Shown: positions 17,476 through 30,049, counted from the stretch's first letter. The stretch: 64,000 nt of DNA from Candidatus Peregrinibacteria bacterium CG_4_9_14_0_2_um_filter_53_11 (GCA_002788775.1 PFRX01000028.1:18959-82958), one strand, 5' to 3'. A program made the numbers and translations. Notes: generated by a model from the letters alone, not told the origin.

Positions 17476-18927
17476 TTAGGTGAGGGCGGCCTGGCAGGCC
17501 TCATTAATAAGCTGCTCAGCCTCGGCAGAGCGAACTACTTTATCGGGAGCATTTGTTGCCTCTCCGTCGATAGACTGCTGTGAAGAATCCTTGAAGAAGG
17601 CACGGCCGGGAATCAGTGAGCGACCAACATGTCTGAGGCGATCCTTCATAACCTCGGCGGCTCCTTTTCGTGAGAAGAGAAGTTTAGCGGCGATATTCTC
17701 TGTGGCAAGGCGCTTCATCAGCTTCCAGGCACTGCCCTTTTCATAGGCCTCAGCAACATCTGCGGGCGTAATACCTGTCGTCGCCTCTAAAGCACCTTTA
17801 GCTGCCAACAGACCAAAGCCGACACCGAATGAGCCGGCAAGAATCGCACCAGTTGCTCCGGTATGCACTGCGATGTCGAGCATCCGTCCCTTTCCTCCAC
17901 CCTTCATTCTATCCAGAAGGTTCCGCTTTGTGGGATCAACCCTTTTTACCACACGCTCGAGTAGATCACGACGCTGCTTTTCGAGCTCTGGACTGCGACG
18001 ATCCATCTCCGCCACACTCGCGAAAGCGACGGGCAGATGGGGAGAGAGCAGGCCCAGATCACGCTGGGAACAGAGGCGATCGAAGAGCTCACGTGACGAG
18101 GCATCACTAAAGGCTCCACCACCCGGCTTATACTCAGCGGTTGGCTTGATTCCCAAAACCTCAGCAGCACGGGGATTCTGCTTCATTTTAGCAAAAACCT
18201 TGCGACGGTAGAGGTCGCTCCCCTTTGTGATGCGAGACTGAAGGTCTGCCATAGAGGTCACAGGGCGGTTTGGGGGGAACTCGGCTCTGAGGGCCTGAGG
18301 AAAGGCGTTATCTTCCCAAATGGCCTCACCGAGAAGCTGAATAAGCAGAGGTGTCATATTCGACATGCTCTCGGGGTTTCGCGAAGCGTCACGTATCTGC
18401 TCAAGGGTAAGCCCAAGCTCATCAAAGATACCGTCGAGAGTTGTACTCCCCTCAGGTGTCTGAGTCCGCTTGAGAAGGGTCTGAAGGGGCCCCTTTACGC
18501 GGGAGCGGAGCGAGTCGACAGGTGTTAGGGACTGGCCCGGACGACCTCCTGAAGGTGGCAAAGAAGAGAGGCTTACACCAGGTGCAGCTGCTCCGGCACG
18601 TGGCGATACGGGTGCGGGTGAGCCAGGAGCCTGTGGAGAGGCGGGCTGGGCCAGCCCGAGCTGAGGCGTCGCAGGCTTCAGCTGTGGATTTTTTCCCGGC
18701 TCGGTAATCTCAAACTGATAGTAAAACTGTGCCCCTTCGGGCATCTCAACTGTGGTCTCAAAGAGGCCATTATTATCGGTGAGCTGCTGATCCTGCCAGG
18801 ACTGGCCGGGGAGCGCAAAACGAATGCGAACCGTGGAGCCCGGGAGGTGAGGGGCACGGTAGATAAAAGGCACGGTTATCTGACCGGGAGCTTCATTAAA
18901 CTCAATGGGGTGTGCACGTTGGGACAT
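17476..18927 (-). CDS. Hypothetical protein with N-terminal CBM48/E-set-like domain and Pro-rich linker
   Basis: VPFIY..V.I.....W....L....G.F...V.MP.G.QFYYQF pattern; one glycine-rich hydrophobic segment near the C-terminus. Confidence 0.55.
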   Translation of the reverse strand: MSQRAHPIEFNEAPGQITVPFIYRAPHLPGSTVRIRFALPGQSWQDQQLTDNNGLFETTVEMPEGAQFYYQFEITEPGKNPQLKPATPQLGLAQPASPQAPGSPAPVSPRAGAAAPGVSLSSLPPSGGRPGQSLTPVDSLRSRVKGPLQTLLKRTQTPEGSTTLDGIFDELGLTLEQIRDASRNPESMSNMTPLLIQLLGEAIWEDNAFPQALRAEFPPNRPVTSMADLQSRITKGSDLYRRKVFAKMKQNPRAAEVLGIKPTAEYKPGGGAFSDASSRELFDRLCSQRDLGLLSPHLPVAFASVAEMDRRSPELEKQRRDLLERVVKRVDPTKRNLLDRMKGGGKGRMLDIAVHTGATGAILAGSFGVGFGLLAAKGALEATTGITPADVAEAYEKGSAWKLMKRLATENIAAKLLFSRKGAAEVMKDRLRHVGRSLIPGRAFFKDSSQQSIDGEATNAPDKVVRSAEAEQLINEACQAALT

Positions 18928-18974
18928 AGATTTGTTTATATTTCTTTTTATTCTACCATTTTTAGCCTATTTCA

Positions 18975-20039
18975 TCAACCTGCCTCGGCCAGAAGCCGCG
19001 CCTGATCTTCCATCATCAACTTTTGCATAATATCCTCAATATTTCCCTCCATAATACCGGGCAGGTTACTAAAGCTTGCCCCAATGCGATGATCTGTGAC
19101 CCGATCCTGGGGGAAGTTGTAGGTTCGGATTTTTTCGCTTCGCTCACCCGTGCCAATCTGAGCGAGGCGCGTGTTGCGTCGTTCTCGGTCGCGCACCTCT
19201 TTCTGATGGACATAGACACGTGAACGCATGATATCCATGGCCTTAGCTCGGTTCTGCAGCTGTGAGCGCTCATCCTGACAGGCGACGATAATTCCGGTGG
19301 GCTTGTGAGTGATACGAACGGCCGACTCTGTCTTGTTAACGTGCTGGCCTCCGGCACCACCGGCACGGTAGGTATCAAACTCAAGGTCATCTGCCTTGAG
19401 CTCAATATCGACGGGCTCAACCTCGGGAAGGACGGCGACCGTTGCCGTAGAAGTGTGGATGCGCCCTTTTGCCTCCGTCGCCGGAATGCGCTGGACACGG
19501 TGCACACCACTCTCGTACTTCAATTTTCCATAGGCGCCGTTGCCCTTAATCGAGAAGATCATCTCCTTTGTTCCACCGGCCGAGGCCTCGCTCTGACTCA
19601 TCAGTTCAACCTTCCAACGCTGCCCCTCGGCAAAGCGCATGTACATACGACCAAGCTCACCGGCAAAAAGAGCCGCCTCCTCACCTCCCGTTCCGGCCCT
19701 AACCTCCATAATACAGTCTTTAGAGTCATCGGGATCTTTTGGGATGAGCTCAACTCGGAGCTTCTCCTCAAGCTCTTCAACCTTCTTTTTGCCTTCGTAA
19801 TACTCATCAGAGGCGAGCTCGCGCATCTCGGCATCGGACCCCTCCATAAGCTCATGAGCCTCGCCGACCTCCTGTCGCGCCTTTTTCAGCTCCCTATACA
19901 GAAAAACCGCTCCCTCGATCTCACTTTTACGCTGTCCGCAGTGCTTGTATTCCTGCTGGTTGCTCAGAATTGCCGGATCGCTCATTTTTGCGATCAGCTC
20001 CTCATATTCGGAATCAAGTTGTTCAAGTTTTTCTAGCAT
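18975..20039 (-). CDS. prfA: Peptide chain release factor 1
   Basis: GGQHVN, PAT (PxT) codon-recognition motif, [16 protein letters not shown]. Confidence 0.97.
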   Translation of the reverse strand: MLEKLEQLDSEYEELIAKMSDPAILSNQQEYKHCGQRKSEIEGAVFLYRELKKARQEVGEAHELMEGSDAEMRELASDEYYEGKKKVEELEEKLRVELIPKDPDDSKDCIMEVRAGTGGEEAALFAGELGRMYMRFAEGQRWKVELMSQSEASAGGTKEMIFSIKGNGAYGKLKYESGVHRVQRIPATEAKGRIHTSTATVAVLPEVEPVDIELKADDLEFDTYRAGGAGGQHVNKTESAVRITHKPTGIIVACQDERSQLQNRAKAMDIMRSRVYVHQKEVRDRERRNTRLAQIGTGERSEKIRTYNFPQDRVTDHRIGASFSNLPGIMEGNIEDIMQKLMMEDQARLLAEAG

Positions 20040-20042
20040 GGT

Positions 20043-20900
20043 TCAGTTGAGCTCGGCGATACAAATACGGGGAATACCCGCCAGATCATTCTTCCATATG
20101 ATGGGAGTTTGGGCAAAGTGCTTTTCCAGAAGGGCAGTAAAGGCTTCTTTCTGGTCGAAGCCGACTTCAACAATCAACCAGCGTGGTTTGTGGCTGAGGC
20201 CCTTGATCTCTTCAAGAAGCCGCCCATAGAGTTCGAGCCCATCAACACCGCCAAAAAGCGCACTGTGTGGCTCGGAGTTAAGGACTCCGCGCTCAATATA
20301 AGAAGGAGCGGCTTCCGGCTCACCTCCCGGAGCGAGCTCAGCTATGTAGGGGAGGTTGGCAACAATTCCGGTGAAAGCGGGCTCGTGGAGAGCGGAAAGC
20401 AGATCACTCTCAATAAAGTTGATACGTGACTCAACACCGTGAGTTCGTGCATTCCGCTGTGCCACCTTAAGTGCCCCGGGAGAGATCTCCAGAGCAGTTA
20501 TCTGAGCATCGGGAAGCCCAAGCGCCAGAGAGATTGCAATACAACCCGAACCGGTTCCGATATCACAGATAGTTGGAGCCGACTCACTCTCAGCGTACTC
20601 AAGGGCCATCTCAACGAGCAGCTCCGTCTCGGGACGGGGGATCAAGACGTTCTCATCGACGTAAAAATTGCGACCATAAAAAGAACGCCTATTGTGCAGG
20701 TAAGCCAGTGGCCTACCTGCTTTAAGCTGGCTCATAAGCTCACCGAGCGCCTCAGCCTCAGCCGTCGAGACCTCCCTCTCAGGGTAGGCTATAAGCCGCT
20801 CTCTTGAGACTCCCAAGACGTGCGCCAATAAGAGCTCCGCCTCCAGACCGGCCAGCCCCCGTTCACGCGCATCCTGACGAATAGCCTCAACTGTCTTCAC
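20043..20900 (-). CDS. prmC: Release factor glutamine methyltransferase
   Basis: VLIPRPETE, DIGTGSGCIA, NLPY, EPHSALFGG; adjacent to prfA. Confidence 0.94.
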   Translation of the reverse strand: MKTVEAIRQDARERGLAGLEAELLLAHVLGVSRERLIAYPEREVSTAEAEALGELMSQLKAGRPLAYLHNRRSFYGRNFYVDENVLIPRPETELLVEMALEYAESESAPTICDIGTGSGCIAISLALGLPDAQITALEISPGALKVAQRNARTHGVESRINFIESDLLSALHEPAFTGIVANLPYIAELAPGGEPEAAPSYIERGVLNSEPHSALFGGVDGLELYGRLLEEIKGLSHKPRWLIVEVGFDQKEAFTALLEKHFAQTPIIWKNDLAGIPRICIAELN

Positions 20901-20959
20901 AAAAAATTTCAGTTACGCAAAAGACATCACCGTAGGGCGATGCTTCTGTCTAAGTAGGA

Positions 20960-21163
20960 CTATCGGTACTTCTTCTTTTCCCGAAGGTCGCGGTAGTGCT
21001 CACGCATCATGGCCGCATTGCGGACATAGCGCTTCGTTGAAGGTTTTTTGAAGTACATACGCTCCTTTGCAATGGAGAGGATGCGCTTTCCCTGAACCTT
21101 CTTCTGAAAGCGAGAGATGAGCTTCTCGTTGGACTCTTTGGGGTCTCGGTAGAGAACGATCAT
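20960..21163 (-). CDS. rpsU: 30S ribosomal protein bS21 (divergent)
   Basis: ES.EKLISRFQKKV, YF.KPS..R pattern, basic 67 aa. Confidence 0.75.
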   Translation of the reverse strand: MIVLYRDPKESNEKLISRFQKKVQGKRILSIAKERMYFKKPSTKRYVRNAAMMREHYRDLREKKKYR

Positions 21164-21175
21164 GAGGTAAATAAG

Positions 21176-23110
<1,935 letters not shown>

Positions 23111-23234
23111 TCAGGCAGACTCTAGGCAAAACCAATTATGAAAAACGGGCCGGATAAACTCATCTCAGTCTAGATTACAAGCCGGCGCATTCTTGAGCCT
23201 TAGGCACCAGAGAGCCGCACTTACACCGGTGCCA

Positions 23235-25619
23235 TCAAGCCCCGGGGGTTCCTTGGAGAAGACGCTTGACCTCGTCATCCTTCTCTTTCTCAAAAAGAGC
23301 ACGCTGGTAGACCTGCTCTACTCGATTGGGGAGTTCGGCAAGAGAGAAGGTGTCGTTAACCGGTATTGGTCCGGCAACAGTCTGGATTTCAAGGCGAGAG
23401 ACCCGTGATGCCTTACTATCAATATCGAAGGAGAAGAGCCGAGTTGACTCCCCCTCTCCAAGACGTGCGAGCCGAATATGAATAACATCAGATGCGAGGT
23501 CTGAAAGATCAAGGTACTGCTCCTCTACCTTAACCCCAACACGAGCCAGCGCGTTCGCGAGAGTGATATGTGCAACGCGCTCAAAATCAGACTGCGCATC
23601 CTGTTCAACGAGCGTCTCAGTAGTTTTGCCGTCCTTGAGGACCAGCTTGCCGAGAGTGACGAGCATGTAGGTCTTGAGATTTTCAAGTCTGATCGAGTTC
23701 CCCACTTCTTGCCCCCTGAAGACTACCTCGGAAAAGAGCTTGCGGTTGGTGTCGTAATTGGCTGAAAAGGTGGCCGACTCGAACTTCGCGGTAACGATAC
23801 GCACAACCGGATTCTGTTCGGAGTCGGGCAGCTGGACCTTAATATCCTTGAGACCTATACCATAGAGGTCCTTTGAGACCTCGGCGGCAAGCTCCTCGCG
23901 GCGGAAGGGCGAGATAGCTCCGCCTCCATCGGCTGAAGAGAGAAGTTCTCGAATCTTCTGCGCCTCCTCAACGGCCTTCTTGTAAACGTCGAGCTCCTCG
24001 GTAAAACTGCCATTTGCCTGCTCACCCTCTGGAGAGCGGACAAAGGCGATAAAGTCGGCGAGCTGCATCAGCTGGCTATCGACATAGGTCAGATAGGCCG
24101 CCTCGGAGAAGACAGGACGTACCGCATCAATACGAGAGACTAAGTACAGAAGAGCGCGGCGCGTGGGCTGGAAGTCTATCTTCTCGGCCTCAAGCTGTGC
24201 CTTGAGAAACTTTATGAGCGAGAGCTTCTCGGAAACAAAGTACTGCTGACGATCGACGGCATCCGCACGAGAGAGGAAGTTCAGGTGAACTTCCTGCAGC
24301 TTCTCGTTAACCGTAAGAAACTCCTCCGTGATAAGCATCGGCTGATTACGTAACAAGCTCATGTATCGAGTTGAAAAGAGCAGAAGCTCCTCTGCATCGG
24401 CCTGACCAAGTGATGAGAGAAAACTCCCATCGATCGCCTGGGTAAGACGCCGCATACCAAGGGTCATCTGCTCATTCCTTTCCGTAGCGGGATCACTGAC
24501 GGCAGCGTCCAGAACATCATTAAACAGTCGCCCGAGCTTCTTTATTGACGTGTCCGCACTGAGCTTACGAACAGCCTCACGGGCCTTGAAAAAAGCATCC
24601 CGGGGTTGAGCGAAAGCCAGCCGAGCACGATAGCTTGCCATGAGAGGATCCGAGGGCGCTACTCCCGCCGCAGTCGCCTCTTGATTGAAACGATTCAGAA
24701 AGAGATCCGCAGCACGCTGATTGCCGACAACGAGGGCGTACAGCGCCGTATCCAGATAGTCGAAGATCGTCTGAGTTGAGCGCTCAAGGCGTTTTTTCCC
24801 ATCAAAAGTAAGCGAGAGAGAGATACTTTTCAGAACGCCCTCAAAAGACGAGAGGAGGTTTTCGCCGCTGAGCGGGAAGCGAGGCCCCGAGGTTCGAACG
24901 TGGTCGGCAAAGCTCAACCTGACTTTTTGGGCGTGGGCCTCATCCTCACGAGTATTGTAGCTCGTCCAGGGATCCGATTTGTCCAAAACGTCCAGTGGAA
25001 ATTCTTTTATAAGCTTGTCGTAGTGAAGCTGTGCAAGCTCCTTCTGTGAGCGCTGAATCTTTGCCAGTAGGAGAGAGAGCTGCCTGTCTTGAGGGACAAG
25101 GATCGTCTTATTGGCAAAAGTGGCGCGCGCGTCATGACGTACCGATGCGATGAGGAGCTTCCCCTCACCGAGCTGAAGGTCCACAACGCCCGGCTCAAAG
25201 AGAGCGGAGACCATCGGGCCTGCGGTTACATTCGTCGAGGTCGTATGATTCTGTGTATTAACCCAGAGCCTCCCGGCGGTGAGCTCAAGATTTAGACCGT
25301 CCAAGGGGCTGAGCCGTTCCCAGCTCACCTCAGCCTTCGTTCCGGGAGAGAAGCGCAGCACAATCGTCCGGTCCAGAGTGAGAACGAGAGGTTCTTGAGA
25401 GGTGACCGCGACACTCAGACCGCGCTCAGTCTCAGTTACGGCTGCCGACTCCCCGGCTAGCGCCGTGAGAGCTGAGCTCTGAGCATACTGCACTTTAGCT
25501 GAGAAGAAGCCGTCCATAAAGTACCCTCCAGCAAGCAAGATAAACGCTGTGGCGACCACACCGAATCTGAAGATTTTCCGGCGATCGGGACCCTGACTGT
25601 TTTTTTGTAGCTGCTCCAT
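23235..25619 (-). CDS. Large membrane-anchored hypothetical protein (FecR-like beta region followed by a helical region)
   Basis: Single N-terminal TM; L..GRLWV pattern; start set at ATG 25619. Confidence 0.6.
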   Translation of the reverse strand: MEQLQKNSQGPDRRKIFRFGVVATAFILLAGGYFMDGFFSAKVQYAQSSALTALAGESAAVTETERGLSVAVTSQEPLVLTLDRTIVLRFSPGTKAEVSWERLSPLDGLNLELTAGRLWVNTQNHTTSTNVTAGPMVSALFEPGVVDLQLGEGKLLIASVRHDARATFANKTILVPQDRQLSLLLAKIQRSQKELAQLHYDKLIKEFPLDVLDKSDPWTSYNTREDEAHAQKVRLSFADHVRTSGPRFPLSGENLLSSFEGVLKSISLSLTFDGKKRLERSTQTIFDYLDTALYALVVGNQRAADLFLNRFNQEATAAGVAPSDPLMASYRARLAFAQPRDAFFKAREAVRKLSADTSIKKLGRLFNDVLDAAVSDPATERNEQMTLGMRRLTQAIDGSFLSSLGQADAEELLLFSTRYMSLLRNQPMLITEEFLTVNEKLQEVHLNFLSRADAVDRQQYFVSEKLSLIKFLKAQLEAEKIDFQPTRRALLYLVSRIDAVRPVFSEAAYLTYVDSQLMQLADFIAFVRSPEGEQANGSFTEELDVYKKAVEEAQKIRELLSSADGGGAISPFRREELAAEVSKDLYGIGLKDIKVQLPDSEQNPVVRIVTAKFESATFSANYDTNRKLFSEVVFRGQEVGNSIRLENLKTYMLVTLGKLVLKDGKTTETLVEQDAQSDFERVAHITLANALARVGVKVEEQYLDLSDLASDVIHIRLARLGEGESTRLFSFDIDSKASRVSRLEIQTVAGPIPVNDTFSLAELPNRVEQVYQRALFEKEKDDEVKRLLQGTPGA

Positions 25620-25778
25620 TTTTGACCTTTTTATGCTCGCGCCTTTTACACTCAAGATAATCTGTTAATTATACTCTTTTGTGCCTCCGGTGTCAAAGGT
25701 GTAGAGTCCCACGCAAAGAGGCTGGGAATCAAGCGAAAAGCGGTAGTCAACGTCGTTGAAGAGCGTTATAGTTGCACC

Positions 25779-27473
25779 ATGAAAAAACTAATCGCTCTCG
25801 CAACCGGCCTTCTCTTCTTTGTTAACGGCGCCCTGACGACACTGGCACAGTTCGAAGACGTCACGAGTACGACTCTCTACCGCGAAGATATTCAGTACCT
25901 CTGGGACAGCGGCATCGTAACCGGCACGCTCTTCGACCCCCTTCACTCGATCTCGCGTGAAGATTATGCCGAGTGGATCTTACGCAATGCGGGATTTTCA
26001 CCTCTGGACTACACTCCTCAGACTGAAGAGCGCTTCGATGATGTCTCCATGAAGCTCGATCCTCAGGCCCCTTTCGTCTACCGCCTTGTTGATCTTGGTA
26101 TTATTACGATCGGTGAGTCTAAAAAATTCCGTCCAAATCGGGCCCTCTATAAGGCGGAAGCCCTCGACTGGCTCTTCCAGCTTGAGGGGATACCCGTTCC
26201 AAAAATCTTTGAGGAAGACAGCTTTCAGGCCACAGATCTTAAAACCAAGGATAAACTGGCACCGATAGTCAATAAAAGTATCGAGCTCGGCCTGCTCGAG
26301 CCGGGCAAGGTTTGGATAAAACGTCGCCTTACTCGCGCACAAGCGGCTCACTTCCTCCACCAGGTAAAGTCACGGACGGGCGTCCTTACAATTACAGTGG
26401 CCCCGACAGTGAATAGTGAGCTCATTAGCGAGCCACAGTTCAATACCTTCGCCGCTGCCTGGAACAGCATAACTCGCGACTACCTCCACAAAGATAAGGT
26501 AAATAAAAAAGACCTCATCTACGCGGCCATCGAAGGCATGGTGCGTGAGCTCGGTGACAAGCACACGACTTTTGAGCGGCCCGGCGACCCCAGTGTCGCG
26601 GACTCACTGAGCGGACAGGTCGAGGGCATCGGCGTCATCATCCAAGATCAGGAGGGTGAGATTGTCGTCGTCACTCCTCTGGAAGGCTCACCGGCCTTTA
26701 AGGCCGGCCTCAAGCCACACGACGTCTTCACGAACATCGACGGGAAGCCTCTTGATGGGCTCAGCCTCACCGACGTTGCCCGGCTGATTAAAGGTGAGCG
26801 AGGCACATCTGTAAAAATTACCGTTAAGCGTGGGGCGCTCCTAAAGAGTTTCACTATAAAGCGTGAGGTGATCATCGTTCACTCCGTTACTGAACGCCGA
26901 ACCGACGACAACTACAGTATTATAAAGATTAACAACTTTGCTCAAAATACCAACGAGGAGTTCGCCAAGATCGTAGCGGGCATGGAGACAAATGCTCCAA
27001 AAGGTATCGTCCTCGACCTACGCAACAACCCGGGAGGGTTCCTCACGACAGCCGTCGACCTCGCGAGCTACTTCGTCCTTAACGGAGACCTTGTAACAAC
27101 CATTCGCTACCCGAATCGCAACGAGCCCCTCGCCGCAAATGGCGCTGCACAACTCCACGACACAAAGGTAGTCGTCTTGATTAACGCGGGCAGCGCCTCG
27201 GCCTCTGAGATTCTTGCCGGCGCTCTTCGCGACTACAATCTTGCGAAAATTGTGGGGGAGACGAGTTACGGAAAGGGAACGGTTCAGGAGCTCGATCAGT
27301 ACTACGACGGCTCAACACTCAAGTTAACGATTGCAGAGTGGCTGACTCCAAATGGAGTGAGCATCGACGGCAAGGGAATCGTTCCTGACGTCCTTGTCCC
27401 CCTCAGTGATGAAGAGCGATTTGACGACTCAGCAGACCGACAGCTCCAAGAGGCCCTCAACCAGCTCCGCTAA
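25779..27473 (+). CDS. S41 carboxyl-terminal protease with SLH-like and PDZ domains
   Basis: Signal peptide, F.DV SLH-like repeats, GIGV..GSPA PDZ, LDLRNNPGG, SASASEI, GKGTVQ. Confidence 0.92.
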   Translation: MKKLIALATGLLFFVNGALTTLAQFEDVTSTTLYREDIQYLWDSGIVTGTLFDPLHSISREDYAEWILRNAGFSPLDYTPQTEERFDDVSMKLDPQAPFVYRLVDLGIITIGESKKFRPNRALYKAEALDWLFQLEGIPVPKIFEEDSFQATDLKTKDKLAPIVNKSIELGLLEPGKVWIKRRLTRAQAAHFLHQVKSRTGVLTITVAPTVNSELISEPQFNTFAAAWNSITRDYLHKDKVNKKDLIYAAIEGMVRELGDKHTTFERPGDPSVADSLSGQVEGIGVIIQDQEGEIVVVTPLEGSPAFKAGLKPHDVFTNIDGKPLDGLSLTDVARLIKGERGTSVKITVKRGALLKSFTIKREVIIVHSVTERRTDDNYSIIKINNFAQNTNEEFAKIVAGMETNAPKGIVLDLRNNPGGFLTTAVDLASYFVLNGDLVTTIRYPNRNEPLAANGAAQLHDTKVVVLINAGSASASEILAGALRDYNLAKIVGETSYGKGTVQELDQYYDGSTLKLTIAEWLTPNGVSIDGKGIVPDVLVPLSDEERFDDSADRQLQEALNQLR

Positions 27474-27524
27474 GGCGCAGTAAGAAACCGCGAGCAGGCC
27501 CGGGGAGAAATAACGAAAAAACCC

Positions 27525-27556
27525 AAAAGCTAGCTACCGAAAGGGGCTAGCTTTTT
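27525..27556. terminator. Bidirectional terminator between convergent genes
   Basis: AAAAGCTAGCT-ACCGAAAGG-GGCTAGCTTTTT. Confidence 0.65.
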
Positions 27557-29895
27557 GCGAGCTGCTCTTCATTGCTAATGACCTCCTGAGGGTTGGTCGT
27601 GACCAGCTTGTCCTCACTATACGAGGCGATGATCTGTATCGCCGCATGCTGGAGGCCGGCGAAGAAAAGTCCCTGGCCCACGCCTGAGTTAAGAAGAAGG
27701 TAGCGCTCCCCTTCTGTGAGATTGAAGACTTTGGCGAGCGGCTCAATCGCCGACGGTGCCTGCTTCAAGAGCAGCTGCATGGAGGAGTTGGTGATGATCG
27801 GCTTACCGAACTCACTCTTCACAAAATCCTCAACATCCTGCGTTATCGTCGTCACACCAAGGTAGTACTTACGAGCCCGCTTCACCAAACCGAAAAGGAA
27901 GCGCGCCGAGTCTTCGTGCTGCATGAGCGACCAGGCCTCATCAATAATAAGGAGACGACGCTTCAGATTAGAGCGGACGCGCGTCCATATGTAATTCAAA
28001 ATAATATACATGGCGATCGGCCGGAGAGCATCCTCAAGATCTCTTATACAGAAGACCATCAGCCCGTTGCTCAGATCGACATTCGAGGGCTTGTTGAATA
28101 TTCCCGAGTAGGTACCGGTCGTGTACTTCTGGAGGCGCTGAGCAAGATCTTGAGCTCCATCCATCGAGGAGAGAATCGACTCGAGATCCTCCATGGTCGG
28201 TGGCGTCTTTTGGGAAGGATCAAGATCGTCCATGGTAATACCCTTAACCGCGTAGGTGTCGTTGAGGGCCTTATCGAGGAGCGCCTCCTCTTGGGGCGAT
28301 AGCTCCCCCATCATAAGCTTGAGCAGGCCCTGGAGGGTTATAATATTACTTCGAAGCAGATCACCGGGCTGAACCTCCTCATTTTCAAGAGGCGGTGGGA
28401 TATCAAAAGGATTAATGCGACGATCTGAGGTAAGAGAGACGCGGAGGTAGGTTCCCCCCACTGTCTGGGTCAGCGTCTCGTACTCGTTTTCAGGGTCGAT
28501 AATAATCACATCGGTTCCGAACATAAGGCTGCGCAAAATCTCCAGCTTAACTGCGTAAGATTTTCCCGCACCGGACTTTGCAAAGACGACCGAGTTGGCA
28601 TTCTCAAGGGTAAAGCGGTCGAAGATGATAAGGCTGTCATTGTGCCGGTTGATACCATAGAGGATTCCATCGTTCCCCGTGAGTGTTGAGGAGTTGAAGG
28701 GGAAGGTGGAAGAAAGAGGCGAGGTGTTCATGTTACGCGTAACCTCGATCTCATCGAGCCCCATGGGCAAGGTTGAGTTGAGGCCCTGCTCGGAGCGAAG
28801 CTCCGTTCCCCGAGTGAGGATCAGCTTTCCTCCCAGTAGACTCTCGATGCGTTTGACGGTCTTATCGAGTAATTTCTCGGACTTTGCATAAAGAGTTATG
28901 TACATCCCGAACTGAAAAAACTTCTCCTGGCCACGCTGGAGCTGCGTGCGCAACTCCTCCGCATCCTGGAGAGCCGTCTCTAGACCGGGATCTCGGACAT
29001 TTCCCTTCTCGGCATCAATTCTCAGTGAGGACTGCATCTGGGCTACCTTGCGCTTAAGCACACGCATAATCGCGGCCGAGTCGATCGGATAGACAAACTG
29101 AGCTACATCCATGGTTGCGTCGAAATTTACCAGTGGACTGAGCCAGTTGGTATCGAGAAAGCGCGGATAGGTAAAGATCACAAATGTCTTGGCATACATG
29201 CCAGAGAGCTTCACTTGGTTGTAACCGATGTCCATCGAAGAAGGAGCGATAAGATCGCGAATACTGGCGAGACCATCTTGAAAGACCTTCTCGGCGTCGA
29301 GAATATCTTTGCGCTCCTCTGTCGTGAGTTTCTCACTGGAGCTCAGAGTTTTCTCTATGGTTTTGCCGGCCTCGTCGCCGGCCTTGGAAGCTTCGGCCTT
29401 CGCCTTATTTTTCTCAACGTGGGCAGCCCACTGTGCCTTTAGTGAGCCGAGGAAGCCAAGCTTTTTGTCTTCCAGCTTCTCGGCCTTTTCCTTGCTGGTT
29501 GGCGTTGCGGTGGAGGCGGGAAGACCGGTGGGAACCTGTGGAGCTTGGGGCGCGACAGCCGGTACTACCGGGGGCGACTCTGGAGTGGGGACCGAGGGAG
29601 GAGAGGCTACCGCGACTGGTTCCGCAGCGGGATTTTCTGGTGGGACTGCTGGGGCATCGACAGAGGCAGAGCTCGCTGAAGGCAGCTCGGGCGTGGGAGC
29701 CGGAGCTTCTGATGGAGCCTCGGCGGGAGTCGCCGGAAGCTCCACCGGAGCAGGCTCGGGAGCAGAAACCTGAACCACCGCCGGTACTGGCGGTGCGAGT
29801 GTCGCAGCGGGAACGGGCAGAGGTGTGTCTGCACTTGCCGGATCACCCGTCTGGCCGCTCGAACTTCCTGTTTGTTTTTGTTCTAGTTCAGACAT
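27547..29895 (-). CDS. VirB4/TraC-like (DUF87/HerA-FtsK superfamily) ATPase with Pro/Ala-rich disordered N-terminus
   Basis: Walker A AKSGAGKS, IIDPENEY, INPFD, Walker B IIDEAW, RARKY, ITQD. Confidence 0.88.
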   Translation of the reverse strand: MSELEQKQTGSSSGQTGDPASADTPLPVPAATLAPPVPAVVQVSAPEPAPVELPATPAEAPSEAPAPTPELPSASSASVDAPAVPPENPAAEPVAVASPPSVPTPESPPVVPAVAPQAPQVPTGLPASTATPTSKEKAEKLEDKKLGFLGSLKAQWAAHVEKNKAKAEASKAGDEAGKTIEKTLSSSEKLTTEERKDILDAEKVFQDGLASIRDLIAPSSMDIGYNQVKLSGMYAKTFVIFTYPRFLDTNWLSPLVNFDATMDVAQFVYPIDSAAIMRVLKRKVAQMQSSLRIDAEKGNVRDPGLETALQDAEELRTQLQRGQEKFFQFGMYITLYAKSEKLLDKTVKRIESLLGGKLILTRGTELRSEQGLNSTLPMGLDEIEVTRNMNTSPLSSTFPFNSSTLTGNDGILYGINRHNDSLIIFDRFTLENANSVVFAKSGAGKSYAVKLEILRSLMFGTDVIIIDPENEYETLTQTVGGTYLRVSLTSDRRINPFDIPPPLENEEVQPGDLLRSNIITLQGLLKLMMGELSPQEEALLDKALNDTYAVKGITMDDLDPSQKTPPTMEDLESILSSMDGAQDLAQRLQKYTTGTYSGIFNKPSNVDLSNGLMVFCIRDLEDALRPIAMYIILNYIWTRVRSNLKRRLLIIDEAWSLMQHEDSARFLFGLVKRARKYYLGVTTITQDVEDFVKSEFGKPIITNSSMQLLLKQAPSAIEPLAKVFNLTEGERYLLLNSGVGQGLFFAGLQHAAIQIIASYSEDKLVTTNPQEVISNEEQLAKS

Positions 29896-30049
29896 AATTT
29901 ATCTAATGAGTATAGCAAAAAATGAGAGTTTTTTCCAGCCCTAGTGCTGATTACGACGATAGACTACGAGACGAAATTGCTAATTAAAAATAAAAGTGCT
30001 ATAATGTCAATAGCCCTAGCAGAACCCTCCCCCAACTAAAAACAAAACT

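Noticed and set aside
29309..29897. Plus-strand Gly/Ala/Ser-rich ORFs, also 60745-61194
   Set aside because: Mirror translations of Pro/Ala/Glu-rich low-complexity N-termini encoded on the minus strand.
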